From Anaeramoeba ignava BMAN (taxonomy: Eukaryota; Protista; Anaeramoebae): a stretch of 64,000 bases of DNA. The DNA is taken from assembly GCA_028826165.1 (NCBI GenBank), contig JAPDFW010000064.1, forward strand, positions 1-64,000, given 5' to 3'. Positions 51,395 through 64,000 of the stretch are shown here, piece after piece. The notes beneath the pieces were generated by a model that worked only from the letters and a program-made list of their open reading frames with translations, searched no databases and was not told where the DNA came from. Both the position numbers and the translations under genes were made by a program. Within the stretch, counting starts at the first letter, position 1. Each line of letters opens with the position of its first letter.

Positions 51395-51396
<2 letters not shown>
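49411..51396 (-). CDS. GTPase-RING, copy 3, intact 661 aa
   Basis: Uninterrupted, intronless ORF: Pro/Asn-rich leader, GBP-like G1-G4, helical region, CSIC..CGH..C..C..CTYC. Confidence 0.92.
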
Positions 51397-51425
<29 letters not shown>

Positions 51426-52296
51426 GTTTTGTAAAAGAAATTAAAAATAAAAATAAAAGTAAAAATAAAAGTAAAAGAATTGAATAAAAAAAAAATTAAA
51501 AGGAATTAAAAGATGAATAAGAAATGAAAAATGATCTTCTTTTTTTAATTTAATTTTTTATTTTTTATATCTCTTTAAATTAATAAAGGAAGGCAAAAAT
51601 TTTTTAATTAAATTTTTATTTAAATTTTTATTTATTTAATTTTACTTTTTTTAAAAATAAAAAGAAGAATAGAATTAAAATCAAAAAAAAAAAGAAGAAA
51701 GAAGAATTAAAAAGAATTAAAAAATTATTTTTCCTCTTTTTAATTAAATTTTTTTTTTTAAAAATAAATAAAAACAAAATTATAATAAAATTAATTTATT
51801 TTTAACATTTATTTTATTTTAATTTTTATTTAAATTAAATTAATAAATAAAAATAAAAGTAAATAATTATTAAAATATTATTTATTATTTTTATATTTAA
51901 ATAAATAAAAGTGGAATTTTGTTTTTTTTTTGTTTTGAAAATAAAAGAAAATAAAGAAAGAAAGAAAGAAAATGGAAATTAAAATAAAAATAATTTATAA
52001 TTTAGAAATTAATTTAATTTGTGGAATTAGGGAAAATAAAAATAAAAATCGAATTATTTAATTAATAAAAATAAAAATCAAAAAAAAAAGAAAAAAATAT
52101 TTGTTAATCTCAATTTTTTAATAAAAATAAATTTAAATATTTAATCAATTAAAAATAATATAAAAGAAAAATTAAAATTGAAAAAATAGATTATTTTCAT
52201 TCTTCTTTTTTTTTATCTTTTTATCTTTTTATCTTTTTATCTTTTTATCTTTTTATCTTTTTTATTTTTAAAAAATCAAAAAATCAAAAATTAATT

Positions 52297-52767
52297 ATGA
52301 ATTTTCAAATATTTGTTAAAACATTAACTGGAAGAACAATTACACTTGATGTTGATTCAAATGATTCTATTGAAAATATTAAATCAAAAATTCAAGAAAA
52401 AGAAGGAATTTCACCTGAACAACAAAGATTAATTTTTGCAGGAAAACAATTAGAAGATTCAAGAACATTAAATGATTATTCAATTCAAAAAGAATCAACA
52501 ATTCATTTGGTTTTAAGATTAAGAGGTGGAAATTTTCAAATATTTGTTAAAACATTAACTGGAAGAACAATTACACTTGATGTTGATTCAAATGATTCTA
52601 TTGAAAATATTAAATCAAAAATTCAAGAAAAAGAAGGAATTTCATCTGAACAACAAAGATTAATTTTTGCAGGAAAACAATTAGAAGATTCAAGAACTTT
52701 AAATGATTATTCAATTCAAAAAGAATCAACAATTCATTTGGTTTTAAGATTAAGAGGTGGAAATTAA
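52297..52767 (+). CDS. Divergent di-ubiquitin, copy 3
   Basis: As for 41299-41769. Confidence 0.95.
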   Translation: MNFQIFVKTLTGRTITLDVDSNDSIENIKSKIQEKEGISPEQQRLIFAGKQLEDSRTLNDYSIQKESTIHLVLRLRGGNFQIFVKTLTGRTITLDVDSNDSIENIKSKIQEKEGISSEQQRLIFAGKQLEDSRTLNDYSIQKESTIHLVLRLRGGN

Positions 52768-52925
52768 TTTAAATTCCAAATTTTCTTTTTTTTCATTTCA
52801 TTTTTGTTTTAAAAATAAATGAATTCTTTCTTATTTTTATTTTTGAAATTATTTTTGAAATTATTTTACTTCTTTTTATTTTTAAAAAAAAAGGAAAAGA
52901 AAAGAAAAATAATTTTTTTTTCATC

Positions 52926-53408
52926 TCATTTTTTTTCATCAAAATTTTCTTTTAATTCAGATAATTTTTTATATAAATTTTCAATTTTCTTTTCTAATTC
53001 TTTTAAATATTTCTTGTGATTTTTGTTTATAATAACCATTTCTTTTTTTTTATTTTCTAAAACAATATTTTCATCTTTTAAATCTTTATTTTCTTTTTTT
53101 GATTTTTTTAAAATATTTTCTAAAATCTTTTTTTTTTTTTTTAAAAAGAGAAAAAGAAAAAAAGATTTGAGAAAACTTTACAAATTATTTTTTTTTAAAT
53201 TTTTTTTGATTATTTTTAATTATTTAAATAATAAAATTACTTTAATTTCATTTAAAGAAAAACATTTATTACAAATTATATTTGAATCTTGATTTTTTTC
53301 AGATAAAGGAATTAATAATGAATCTGGTTTTAATTTTGAAGATTTTTCATTAGTTTCTAAACCACAACAACAACAATAATAATTATTCTTATTTATTTGA
53401 TTATTCAT
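52926..53408 (-). CDS. Small Cys-rich (CCCCG...ICNKC) + coiled-coil protein, 2 exons (53408-53241, 53126-52926)
   Basis: YCCCCGLE..SNIICNKCFSLNEIK|GT; an in-frame exon 2 reads ILENILKK..YLKELEKKIENLYKKLSELKE. Confidence 0.65.
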
Positions 53409-53624
53409 TTTTATTTAAAAAAAATGAAAAAAAAATTAAAAAAAAAATGAAAAAAACAAATTAAAAATTTTTGATCAAATTTTTCTTTTCATTCTCTTTT
53501 TTTTTTTTAATCATTTTTTTTTTTTGACATTTTCACAAATTTTTTTTATATTATATATAAAAAAAACAACTTTTTGTTTTCAATAAATCTAAATCAAAAA
53601 AATAATTATTTTTTTCATTTCATT

Positions 53625-55966
53625 TCATTTCAAATTTAACATAATTATTTCTTTTTTAATTTGATTAAATTCAAAAATTTTTTTTTGATATTCTTTAAAT
53701 AATTTTTTTGATTCTTCAAAAGAAAGTTGTTCAACTGATTTTAAATTCATGAATAAAATATTAACAAAATGTTTATCAAGATTATTTTTTGATAAATTGA
53801 TATATTTTTGATGGTCTTGTCCTTTCCACCATTTTTCTTGAAATTCTGATTGATTAATATTTAATTGATTACAAGTAATTCCTTCCAAAAAATTTGCACT
53901 TGAAACAAATGTTGTAAATAAATAACCAGATTCAGTAACAAATAATATTTTGGAATTTCTAAATTTGGAAATGTAGTAAATATTTGCTTGAATATTTTTT
54001 GGATTTGTTATTAATAAACTGTAAGCTACAATTTTAAGTAAATCATCAACTCCTGTATCTTCATCATAATCATTCAAAATAGATTGTGCTTGATGACAAC
54101 ATTCAATAATGCATTCTAGTTTATCTTGTGGTGTTTTACTTTGGTTGATTTTTTTTATTTCTTGAACTATTTTTTCAACTTTTTTTTCATCAAGATATTC
54201 TTCTTTAATTCCAAAATGTTTTGGTAATAAAAATGATAATCGATTTATTTTTTCATTGAATTTTTTATCTTGTAATAAAAATTTTTCACAAGTTAATTTG
54301 AATAAACAAGATCCAACTCTTGACATGAAGTATTGTTCAATAATATCATAAACCATTTCGCTTTGTTCTTTTTTTGGGGGTGTGATTAAATTGAAATTAT
54401 TATCGAAATTTACATTTGGATCTTCATCTAAATAATATAAATCATCACATAAATCTTCATTTGTAAATGAATGTGTAATTGAATTTGTATTAGAACTTTG
54501 ATTTTCAATTTGATTTTGAATTTGATTTTGATTTTGATTTTGATTTTGATTTTGATTTTGATTTTGATTTTCATTTTGATTTTGATTTTGATTTTGATTT
54601 TGATTTTGATTTTGATTTTCATTTTGATTTTGATTTTGATTTTGATTTTGATTTTGATTTTGATTTTGATTTTGATTTTGATTTTGATTTTGATTTTGAT
54701 TTTGATTTTGATTTTGATTTTGATTTTGATTTTGATTTTGATTTAGATTTTGATTTAGATTTTGATTTTGATTTTGATTTTGATTTTGATTTTGATTTTG
54801 ATTTTGATTTTGATTTTGATTTTGATTTTGATTTTGATTTTGATTTTGATTTTGATTTTGATTTTGATTTTGATTTTCATTTTGATTTTGATTTTGATTT
54901 TGATTTTGATTTTGATTTTGATTTTGATTTTGATTTTCATTTTGATTTTGATTTTGATTTTGAATTTTATTTTGATTTTGATTTTGATTTTGATTTTGAA
55001 TTTGATTTTGATTTTGATTTTGATTTTGATTTTGATTTTGATTTTGATTTTGATTTTGATTTTGATTTTGATTTTGAATTAAATCAAATTTTGTTTCTAA
55101 ATTGAAACTTAAATTTATATTTTCTTTCTTTTGAAATAAAATATGATTAGAATATTTTCTAGCTACTTGTTCAATAATTTCATTTACTAAATATTCTGAT
55201 TCTTCTAATGAAACATCTTTCTCTAAATAATTATTAATTGCAAAAGATAAATCACTTGATAATTCTGAATCTGGGAAATCTTCAAGAAAATTTTCTAATT
55301 CTTGATAATTACTAATAAATATATTTTTGATTTTTTGATATCTTTGTTTTTTTTGAGATGAAGAATAAATTTTCAATTTTCTATTAAGTTTATGTCTTGA
55401 TTTATGTTTATGATAAATTTCTTTTGGAATATATTCAGTTCCACTTGAATCTGAGTTTGAAAATTCTGATCTAGACCAAGAACAACCTGGAAACTTAATA
55501 GATTCAGAAAGTATTATAATAGAACAAGAAGGTATTTGTTCATTCAAAAATACAACCTTCATTAATAATATAAGGAATATTAAGCATTTTTATTGGCTTT
55601 ATATTTCCAATCTCATCAAATAATATTGTGTATTTTTTCTTTTTAACTGCTTGAATTAATATTTTCTCTTTTAATTTTGGTGGTTTTTTTATTATTTTGA
55701 GATGTTTATAATTGTTTTGCTTTTATAAATAATCCAATTGCTCCATTTATTGTAACAAAATTATTTGGATGATTTTCATTTGTGATTAAAATGTGTGTTT
55801 CTATAAATTCTCTTGTAAAACTCATTGTTCCTAATGCCATACTATGTGGAACTGCTAAAATCCCATTTTGTTGAACAATTAATTCTAATAAATCTGAAAA
55901 TGTTTTGTTGTGTCTAAGTGAATTAATTAAAAGATTATTTTGAATTTCTTTTTGGAATTTTTTCAT
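53625..55966 (-). CDS. VPS9-domain (Rab5-family GEF) protein with VARP/ANKRD27-like N-terminus and poly-(NQ) insert; frame broken at ~55560-55710
   Basis: KTPQDKLECI, GVDDLLKIVAY, NP..I.ANI.YI..F, ESGYLFTTF (VPS9); N-terminal LAVP..FIETHIL..FVTING. Confidence 0.82.
54495..55080. repeat. (TTTTGA)n coding microsatellite, poly-NQ
   Basis: In frame within the VPS9 gene. Confidence 0.95.
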
Positions 55967-56355
55967 TTTTTATTTTGAAATAATTTTAATAGTAAAGAAA
56001 AAAATGAAAAATGAAAAAAATGAAAAAAAAAATAAAAATAAAAATAAAAATAAAAATAAAAATAAAAATAAAAATTAAAAATAAAAATAAAAATAAAAAT
56101 AAAAATAGAAATTGAATTTATTCCACTTTTTTTTCCACTTTTTTTCCACTTTTTTTCCACTTTTTTTTCCTGTTTTTAAAAAATAATTCTTATTTTAAAT
56201 TCTTTTTTTTCCTGTTTTTAAAAATAAAAATTGTCTTATTTTTGGGAATAAATAAATTTTTTTTCCTTTTTTTCTTTTTCATTTTTTTTTCCTTATTTTT
56301 TTCCTTTTTTTTTCATTTTAAAACTTTTAATCAAATTAAAAATTAAAAATTAGAA

Positions 56356-58458
56356 ATGAATCCAAATAATAATAACAACAACAATAACAACAATAATAAT
56401 AACAATAACAATAATAATAATAACAATTTATTATTACAAGATCTTAAAAATCTTCTTTCTTCAAATTCTTTTCAAGATTTTACAATTTTAATTTATGAAA
56501 ACAATATCCAAAAAAAAATTAAAGTTCATAAATGTATTTTAATTTGTAGAAGTTCTTTTTTTAAAGGAATTCTTTTTGAAAATGATAATATTAATGAAAT
56601 TCTTTTAAATGATATTGATAAAGAAACAATTGATTTTATTCTCGATTTTATTTATACATCTAAAGTTAATTTTTTCCCAAATCAAAATTTAATTCCACTT
56701 TTAAAAGCTTCAAACAAATTTGAATTAAATTCTCTTTCCAAAATTTTAGAAGAACAAATTATCCAAAATTTAAATTATTCAAATGTTTTTAATCTTTTTA
56801 AAGAAATTCATTCTTTAAAAAATATTAAAATTAAAAATGAATGTTTAAATTTTATTCATTCTAATTTCTCAATTCTTAATCAAAAGGGAGAATTTTTAAA
56901 ATTAAATCAAGATCAAATTAATTTAATTATTCAAGATAAAATTTTAAGAAAAGATTTTTTTGAAATTGAATTTCTTGAAATGATTGAAAATTGGATCAAA
57001 ATGGAATTTCAAAAATTATTAAAAAATCCTAATCAAAAAAAATTAGAAATAGAAAAAAAAAGAATAAATCAAAAATTCCAAAAAAATTTTTCTCAAATTA
57101 AATCTTTTTTAATTTCTGAAAAATTTTTTCAACAAATTAATCATTTTGAAAATTTATCAAAATATTTTATCAAAAGAAACAAAATAAGAGAACATGTGAA
57201 TTTAGAACTGGAAAATAAAAAATTAAAAAAAGAAATTGATAAATTAACAAAAAATCAAAATCAAAATCAAAATCAAAATCAAAATCAAATTCAAAATCAA
57301 AATCAAAATCTAATTCAAAATCAAAATCAAAATCAAAATCAAAATCAAAATCAAAATCAAAATCAAAATCAAAATCAAAATCAAAATCAAAATCAAAATC
57401 AAATTCAAAATCAAAATCAAAATCAAAATCAAAATCAAAATCAAAATCAAAATCAAAATGAAAATGAAAATGAAAATGAAAATGAAAATCAAAATCAAAA
57501 TCAAAATCAAAATCAAAATCAAAATCAAAATCAAAATCAAAATCAAATTCAAAATCAAAATCAAATTCAAAATCAAAATCAAAATCAAAATCAAATTCAA
57601 AATCAAATTCAAATTCAAAATGAAAATCAAAATCAAAATCAAAATCAAATTCAAAATCAAATTCAAAATCAAAATCAAAATCAAAATCTAATTCAAAATC
57701 AAATTCAAAATCAAAATGAAAATCAAATTCAAATTCAAAATCTAATTCAAATTCAAAATGAAAATCAAAATCAAAATGAAAATGAAAATGAAAATGAAAA
57801 TCAAAATCAAAATCAAAATCTAAATCAAAATCAAAATGAAAATCAAAATCAAAATCAAAATCAAAATCAAAATCAAAATCAAAATCAAAATCAAAATCAA
57901 AATCAAAATTTCAAAGAATCTAAAATAATAAATGAAAATGAAAAAATTAAGAAAATAAAAGAATGGATTAAAGATGATAAATTTTTCAATTCAATGAAAT
58001 TAAGATTTTCAGCAACAAAAGATGGATTTTCTTCCAAAATTTTTCATAAAAAATGTGATAATAAAGGAGAAACATTAGTTATTATTAAAACAACTAATAA
58101 TTGTATTTTTGGAGGATTTACAAAAAAAGGATGGATACCAAATAAGGAATATAAATGGATTTCTGATTCAGAAGCTTTTTTATTTAGTCTTAAAAATCCA
58201 AAAGGAAATGAACCACAAAAATTTCCAATTAAAAAATCAGAAAAAGAACGTTCAATTTATTATGATAAAAATTATGGACCATTTTTTGGAGGAGGATTTG
58301 GACTTCCTTCTGATTTAAAAAATGGATTTTCAAATGATTTTGGAGAATATTATAAATTACCTAAAGGAATTCATTATGGTTCAAATGAATGTGAAAATTA
58401 TTTAGCTGGAGGTAAAGGTGAATGGAGAACTGAAGAACTTGAATGTTATTTCAAATGA
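56356..58458 (+). CDS. BTB/POZ-TLDc protein with poly-N and poly-(NQ) tracts
   Basis: DFTILI..KVHKCILICRSSFF..LDFIYT; FSATKDGFSSKIFHKKCDNKGETLVIIKT..IFGGFT. Confidence 0.92.
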   Translation: MNPNNNNNNNNNNNNNNNNNNNNNLLLQDLKNLLSSNSFQDFTILIYENNIQKKIKVHKCILICRSSFFKGILFENDNINEILLNDIDKETIDFILDFIYTSKVNFFPNQNLIPLLKASNKFELNSLSKILEEQIIQNLNYSNVFNLFKEIHSLKNIKIKNECLNFIHSNFSILNQKGEFLKLNQDQINLIIQDKILRKDFFEIEFLEMIENWIKMEFQKLLKNPNQKKLEIEKKRINQKFQKNFSQIKSFLISEKFFQQINHFENLSKYFIKRNKIREHVNLELENKKLKKEIDKLTKNQNQNQNQNQNQIQNQNQNLIQNQNQNQNQNQNQNQNQNQNQNQNQNQNQIQNQNQNQNQNQNQNQNQNENENENENENQNQNQNQNQNQNQNQNQNQIQNQNQIQNQNQNQNQIQNQIQIQNENQNQNQNQIQNQIQNQNQNQNLIQNQIQNQNENQIQIQNLIQIQNENQNQNENENENENQNQNQNLNQNQNENQNQNQNQNQNQNQNQNQNQNQNFKESKIINENEKIKKIKEWIKDDKFFNSMKLRFSATKDGFSSKIFHKKCDNKGETLVIIKTTNNCIFGGFTKKGWIPNKEYKWISDSEAFLFSLKNPKGNEPQKFPIKKSEKERSIYYDKNYGPFFGGGFGLPSDLKNGFSNDFGEYYKLPKGIHYGSNECENYLAGGKGEWRTEELECYFK

Positions 58459-58558
58459 AAAAAGAAAAGAAAAATATTTTAAATTGAATTTTTATTTCCT
58501 TCTTTTTTAAATTAAAAAAAAGTGGAACGAAAAAGAAAAATTATTTTAAATTGATTTC

Positions 58559-61500
58559 TTAAACTTTTAAATAATCGATAATATATCCTGGAATAAAATT
58601 TTGAAGAACTTTTTGAGGAATATCTCCAAAAACTGAAAATTGTTCTAAAAAGACAAGTAAATTAAGAGAATTTTGAGATAAATCATCAATTTTAACTTCT
58701 TTTTGATATTTTTGATAAGCATCAACTCTAATATATTGACCTAAATAATCCAAAAATCTTTCCAAATGAGAAGAATGGAATTGTTTTAAAAGAGTAAAAA
58801 TTCCAACAACAAAAGGAACACCATCCAATTTACTTTTCTTTGTGCCAACAAGAGTACACAATCTTGGATTATAACTCAATTGATTTAAGTTAGAAATGAC
58901 AAGAAATAAAATAACTAATGGGAGTTCTTGAATAGGTTCTGTTGTTACATAAATTTTCATAAGTGGATCATTCATTCCACAAGTATCAAGATACATTGTT
59001 AATTCTGATAGAAGTGAATCATTAACATATGGTTTTATTTCGGGTTTTTGATAATGAGCTTGAATATCTGATATAAATGCTTCATTCATTGATTCAAGTG
59101 CTGAAAAAAGAATATTTGAATCCAATTTGCAAATGAAATTCAATTCGTTTGATATTTGTCTTCTTAAAATTTGTAATTGTCCAATTTGCATAACAATATA
59201 AAGGAAACTATCACTTATTGTTGCTGTTTTTTGGCAATATTCTGCATAAATTTTGCTTTTATTTTCATCTTCAAATGTTTTTTCATTGAGTCTTGTTTCA
59301 ATTTCTTCATAAATTGTTTGGAATTTAGTATTTTTAGTAATTGCAGTTTTATATTCTGTTAAAAATATTTGCATTTTTCTAACAATCATAAACGCATATA
59401 ATTTATCCAATCCATAAAGACCTGCAACTCCAATTGAATCTGAAAGTAAAGAAAATGTTTTAACTCCAACAATTTCATCTCCTTTTACTTGATCAAACCA
59501 ACCTGACATTAAATGAATATAAGTTGTTTGACTTGGATCAGTTTTGCGAATTAATTCTCTTGCTAATCTTCCCATAAAATTAATTGATGCGCTATCCACT
59601 TTTTTGAATTTTGGGATTGGAACTGATTTTGATTGAAACATTGATTGTTCATCATATACTTTTTTCTTCAAAAACGAATTGCATTCTTGTTCAACATTAT
59701 AATTTACAATTCGTGAAAATTCTTCAAGCCAAATTTGCAATCCATAAATATTAAGATAATCAGAAATGTATTCAAAAGATCTTCTAAATCCATCAAGTTT
59801 AATTGATAAATCTTGTAATTTTTGTTCGAAAACATTTCCTTTTCCAGATTTCAAAAAGAAAATTGTGCTGTGGAGAATTTCTGCAATTTGCTTAACTAAT
59901 TCTCTTCGAATTCCCAATTCAAGAAGTTCTTTAGGATCGACTTGAATAACTCCAACAAGAGTTTTTTTCATTGCCAAAATTCCTTTTGTAAATCGGGAAA
60001 CTTCATTTGTTTTGGAAGATAAATGGTTTCTTGCTTCAAGTTGAACAAAATCCTTAAGTTGATCTCTTTGGATTTGTGGAGGAATTTCTTTGATATTATT
60101 GATTTGGAGATTGATAATCTCCTTGAGTTTTGAAAATACAGTTTTGGGAACAATTTCAAGTACTTTTTGAACATAACCAACAAGTTCTGAAGAATAATAT
60201 TGAGAAACAGAAACAAAATCTGTTGATTTTGATTGATTGATTCTTGATAAAGGAAGATCGAGAATTGAAGATAGTTTTAGAAATGTACTTCTTAATTTAA
60301 TAACTGAATCAGGATCTCTTGTTATGCATTCTTGCATTAAATCAATGTATTTTTCAAGAATTTCCCATCCATAACTAACATCTGAAACAATTGATAAAGT
60401 TGCAAGAGTTTCATCTTTTATGTTGATAATCTTGATCATTTGATGAAGTAAACTCTTTACAAAATCAAGAAATTGCTTGATTTGCAAACTTCCATCAATT
60501 TGATGATATCCTTTGATTGTTTCAATTCCTTCAATTAAACTTTGTATTTTTCTTCCTGCATTTTTTGTTTCCAATTCTTGAACATCTTTTGATAAATTAA
60601 CAAACCAATTTTGAATATTCTCATCCTTTTCAACTCTTGCAAGAGAACGTTCACCAGAAAAATATTCTGAAAGTTCCTTTAAACTTTGACTTGCTTCTCT
60701 TTTGTAATTTTCCCATTGCTCGTCTTTTGATTTCAATAATCTTTTCAAATGTTCTTTGAGTAAAAATTCGAATTGAGCAATATCTAATAAGAAATTCAAC
60801 ACTTGAATTCTATCGAATGTAATTAAATTGGAAACCTTTTTGTTTTGTGTTGAAGAATGCAAAAGAACCCAACGCAATGCAACATTACAACGTCTTGAGC
60901 AATCAATTAATTCTTGAACATGATCAACAACATAATTTTCAGTCATAAATCCTTCAGTAAGATATTTTTCCAAATCCTTTTTTAAATCAACAAGTTCTTG
61001 TTTTTTGGAAGAAACAATTTTCCTTATTTTTGTTGGTTTTAAAACATTTTTCAATGCTCTTTTGGCAGCTTTATAACTATCCCATTCAATACTTAAATCA
61101 ACAATTTCTCCGATATAAATTGATATAACATAATTATCATTGAAAAATTTATCAACAATTGCTCTCATAACTGAACTATTTGATTGAAGTATTTCAGGTG
61201 AAAAAAATAAAATGATATAAATCATGCTTGCTTGATTTGCATAAGCTGTTGTTTGATGTTCTGTGTGAGGATATGTTTTGAATTGTGAATAAATATCATC
61301 ACTTTGTAATTTATTTATAACAATTGAGATGACTTCTTTTGGAAGTGGTGCTCTTTCAAAGAATATTTCTGGATAATTAGGTGGTTTTTTTTCTTTATGG
61401 ATATATCCTGTATTTCTCCAAATTTCACAAATTTTATCAAAGGTTTCGATATGATTTTGACCCTTTTTAAAAATAAATATTAAATCAATATTAAAAAAAT

Positions 61501-62830
61501 CAATATAAATAAAATCAATATTAAATAAATAAATTTTAAATATAAATTTTATTTATATACTTGATATCTAAAATAAGCAACTAAAAGTCTTTCTCTAATT
61601 GGTCCTGGTATTTTTTGATCCATAAAAAGAAGCATTACACCAAATAAATATATAATTTCACACATTAATTGTTTACCATCTGCATCCATTAAAAAAGTCT
61701 TTTTAAATTATTTTTTAAATTATAAATTATTTTGTAAATTATTTTGTAAATTATTTTGTAAATTATTTTTTCTTTTACTTCTAAATTAAATTGAATAAAA
61801 ATTCCATTTTTTAAATCTTGAAAAAATTTTAAAAGATCTTTAAAATAAATGTAAATGCTTTCAAATAACCAATAAAATCTTTCAATAATTTGGAAATAAT
61901 TTTCTTGAAATTGTTCATCCATTTCTGATAAAGTCTAATAAAAATAAATTTAATTATAAATTTAATTATAAATTTAATTATAAATATAATTATAAATTTA
62001 ATTATAAATTTAATTATAAATTTAATTATAAATTTAATTATAAATTTAAGTATAATTATAAATTTAATTATAAATTTAATTATAAATATAATTTAATTAT
62101 AAATATAATTATAAATTTAATTATAAATTTAATTATAAATTTAATTATAAATATAATTATAAATTTAATTATAAATTTAATTATAAATTTAATTATATAA
62201 ATTTAATTATAAATTTTAATTATAATTATAAATTTAATATAAATTTAATTATAAATATAATTATAAATTTAATTATAAATTTAATTATAAATTTAATTAT
62301 AAATATATTATAATTATAAATTTAAAATTTAATTATAAATATAAATATTATAAATTTAAAAATTTAATTATAAATTTAAATATAAATTTAATTATAAATT
62401 TAATTATATAAATTTAATTATAAATTTAAATATAAATTTAATTATAAATAATTATAAATTTAATTATAAATTTAAATATAAATATAATTATAAATTTAAT
62501 TATATAAATTTAATTATAAATATAATTATAAATTTAATTATAAATATAATTATAAATTTAATTATAAATTTAATTATAAATTTTGTATAAATTTAATTAT
62601 AAATTTAATTATAAATTTACAGGATTTTCAGAAATTTGATTTTCAACAAAACCTGATTGAGTTAAATATTGAAAATCCATTAAAATAAATTCATGAATTT
62701 TTTCAGGTTCATTTTTATAAATTTCAGGAATATTATCAGAAAGTCTGAAAAGTTCTGCAATAATAGCATTTCCTCTACTAGAAAGTTTTAATGAAGTAAC
62801 AATAGCTAAATTTACTTCTTCAATATCCAT
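58559..62830 (-). CDS. WASHC5: Strumpellin, WASH complex subunit 5 (exons 62830-62621, 61934-61779, 61698-61561, 61462-58559)
   Basis: [91 protein letters not shown]. Confidence 0.95.
61945..62615. repeat. (TTATAAATTTAA)n tract in WASHC5 intron 1
   Basis: Visible 12-mer array; the same repeat occurs at 63560-64000. Confidence 0.9.
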
Positions 62831-62931
62831 TTAAATTTTTTTAAGAAATGAAAAAAAAAATGAAAAAAAAAATAATTTTTTTAATTTTTTTTCATTTTTC
62901 ATCTTTTCTTTTCTTTTTTTCTTTTTTTGAA

Positions 62932-64000
62932 ATGGATTCTAATTTACCTTTTGAAACAAAATCTTTATTAATTAAATTACTTTATGATCCTAATATAAAA
63001 ATTCTTCAAAAACCAAATGAAAACGTTTATAATATTGCACCACTTGATTTATTACTTAGATGGGTTAATTTTCATTTAAAAATAGAAAATCAACAACCAA
63101 TTAAAAATTTAACAACTTCTTTAAAAGTAAAAAAAAAAAAAAAGCAATTTAAAAAATTAAAAAGAAAAAGAAAAAGAAAAATTCAATTTAACGTTTTTTT
63201 TTTTAAATTAATTTTAATTATTTCTTTATTAAGGATGGAGTTGCTTTAGCTCATTTAATTCATAGATTAACTAAAGTTAAAATTGATTATGTTTTAAGTG
63301 AAAAAACAAATTTTCAAAGAATTGAAATTTTATTTCAAATTTTAAAAAATTTAGAATATCCAAATTTTATTTGTAAAACCCAAGATATTATTGATGTAAA
63401 TATTTTCTTTCTTTTTTGTTTTAAATTTTTTTTAATTTTTTTTAATTTTTTTTTTGTTTTTGCTAAATAGGGAAATGAAGCTCAAATAATTAAATTTTTA
63501 ATTAATTTATTTCTTTGGAAATCAAAACTCAAACCAAAAAATATAGAAAAAGTAAATAAATTTAATTATAAATTTTGAAATGAATTTAATTTTAAATTTA
63601 ATTATAAATTTAATTATAAATTTAATTATAAATTTAATTATAAATTTAATTATAAATATAATTATAAATATAATTATAAATTTAATTATAAATATAATTA
63701 TAAATTTAATTATAAATTTATTTTGAATTTAATTATAAATTTATTACAAATTTACTTATAAATTTAATTATAAATATAATTATAAATTTAATTATAAATT
63801 TAATTATAAATTTAATTATAAATATAATTATAAATTTAATTATAAATATAATTATAAATTTAATTATAAATTTATTTTGAATTTAATTATTAATTTAATT
63901 ATAAATTTAATTATAAATTTAATTATAAATATAATTATAAATTTAATTATAAATATAATTATAAATATAATTATAAATATAATTATAAATTTAATTATAA
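62932..64000 (+). CDS. Calponin-homology (fimbrin/plastin CH-like) protein, 5' part (exons ~62932-63126, 63234-63395, 63471-63551); probably continues past the window
   Basis: LLLRWVNFHLK..IKNLTTSLK|DGVALAHLIHRL..DIID|GNE..IL..LF. Confidence 0.8.

Noticed and set aside
56115-56170. TTCCACTTTT repeats (also doubled 3' of the Ub genes) as a regulatory motif
   Set aside because: Occurs both upstream and downstream of genes without consistent position; insufficient support.
1-64000. Inteins, self-splicing introns, tRNA or rRNA genes
   Set aside because: No Hint/HN-C motifs, structured GC-rich RNA or cloverleaf seen by eye; all introns I traced are GT-AG. Not excluded without covariance-model searches.

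Overview
Extremely AT-rich, intron-containing eukaryotic DNA (standard code, GT-AG introns, many simple-repeat tracts, NQ/NE-repeat proteins). BTB-TLDc genes, stand-alone PAS proteins, prokaryote-like anaerobic enzymes and TCATTT initiator-like motifs suggest an anaerobic protist such as the metamonad Anaeramoeba. That assignment is inference only. Recognisable genes: a PAS protein (plus a decayed duplicate), Fe-alcohol dehydrogenase, an ankyrin protein, a CH + PH-like repeat protein, two BTB-TLDc proteins, an NCoR/Snt1-like SANT protein, two class IV aminotransferases flanking a Crinkler-like NTPase-nuclease gene, importin-beta, a VPS9 protein, strumpellin (WASHC5) and a CH protein. The standout is a repeated cassette. 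A GBP/atlastin-like GTPase with a C-terminal C3HC4 RING sits head-to-head with a divergent di/poly-ubiquitin variant (77-aa units starting NF, K11R). It forms a tandem array at ~41.1-52.9 kb, with a decayed inverted copy at ~17.1-20.6 kb. It is a candidate self-contained 'GTPase sensor + E3 + dedicated modifier' defence system. Many frameshifts fall in homopolymers and may be assembly errors. All family assignments come from motif recognition by eye, not database searches.
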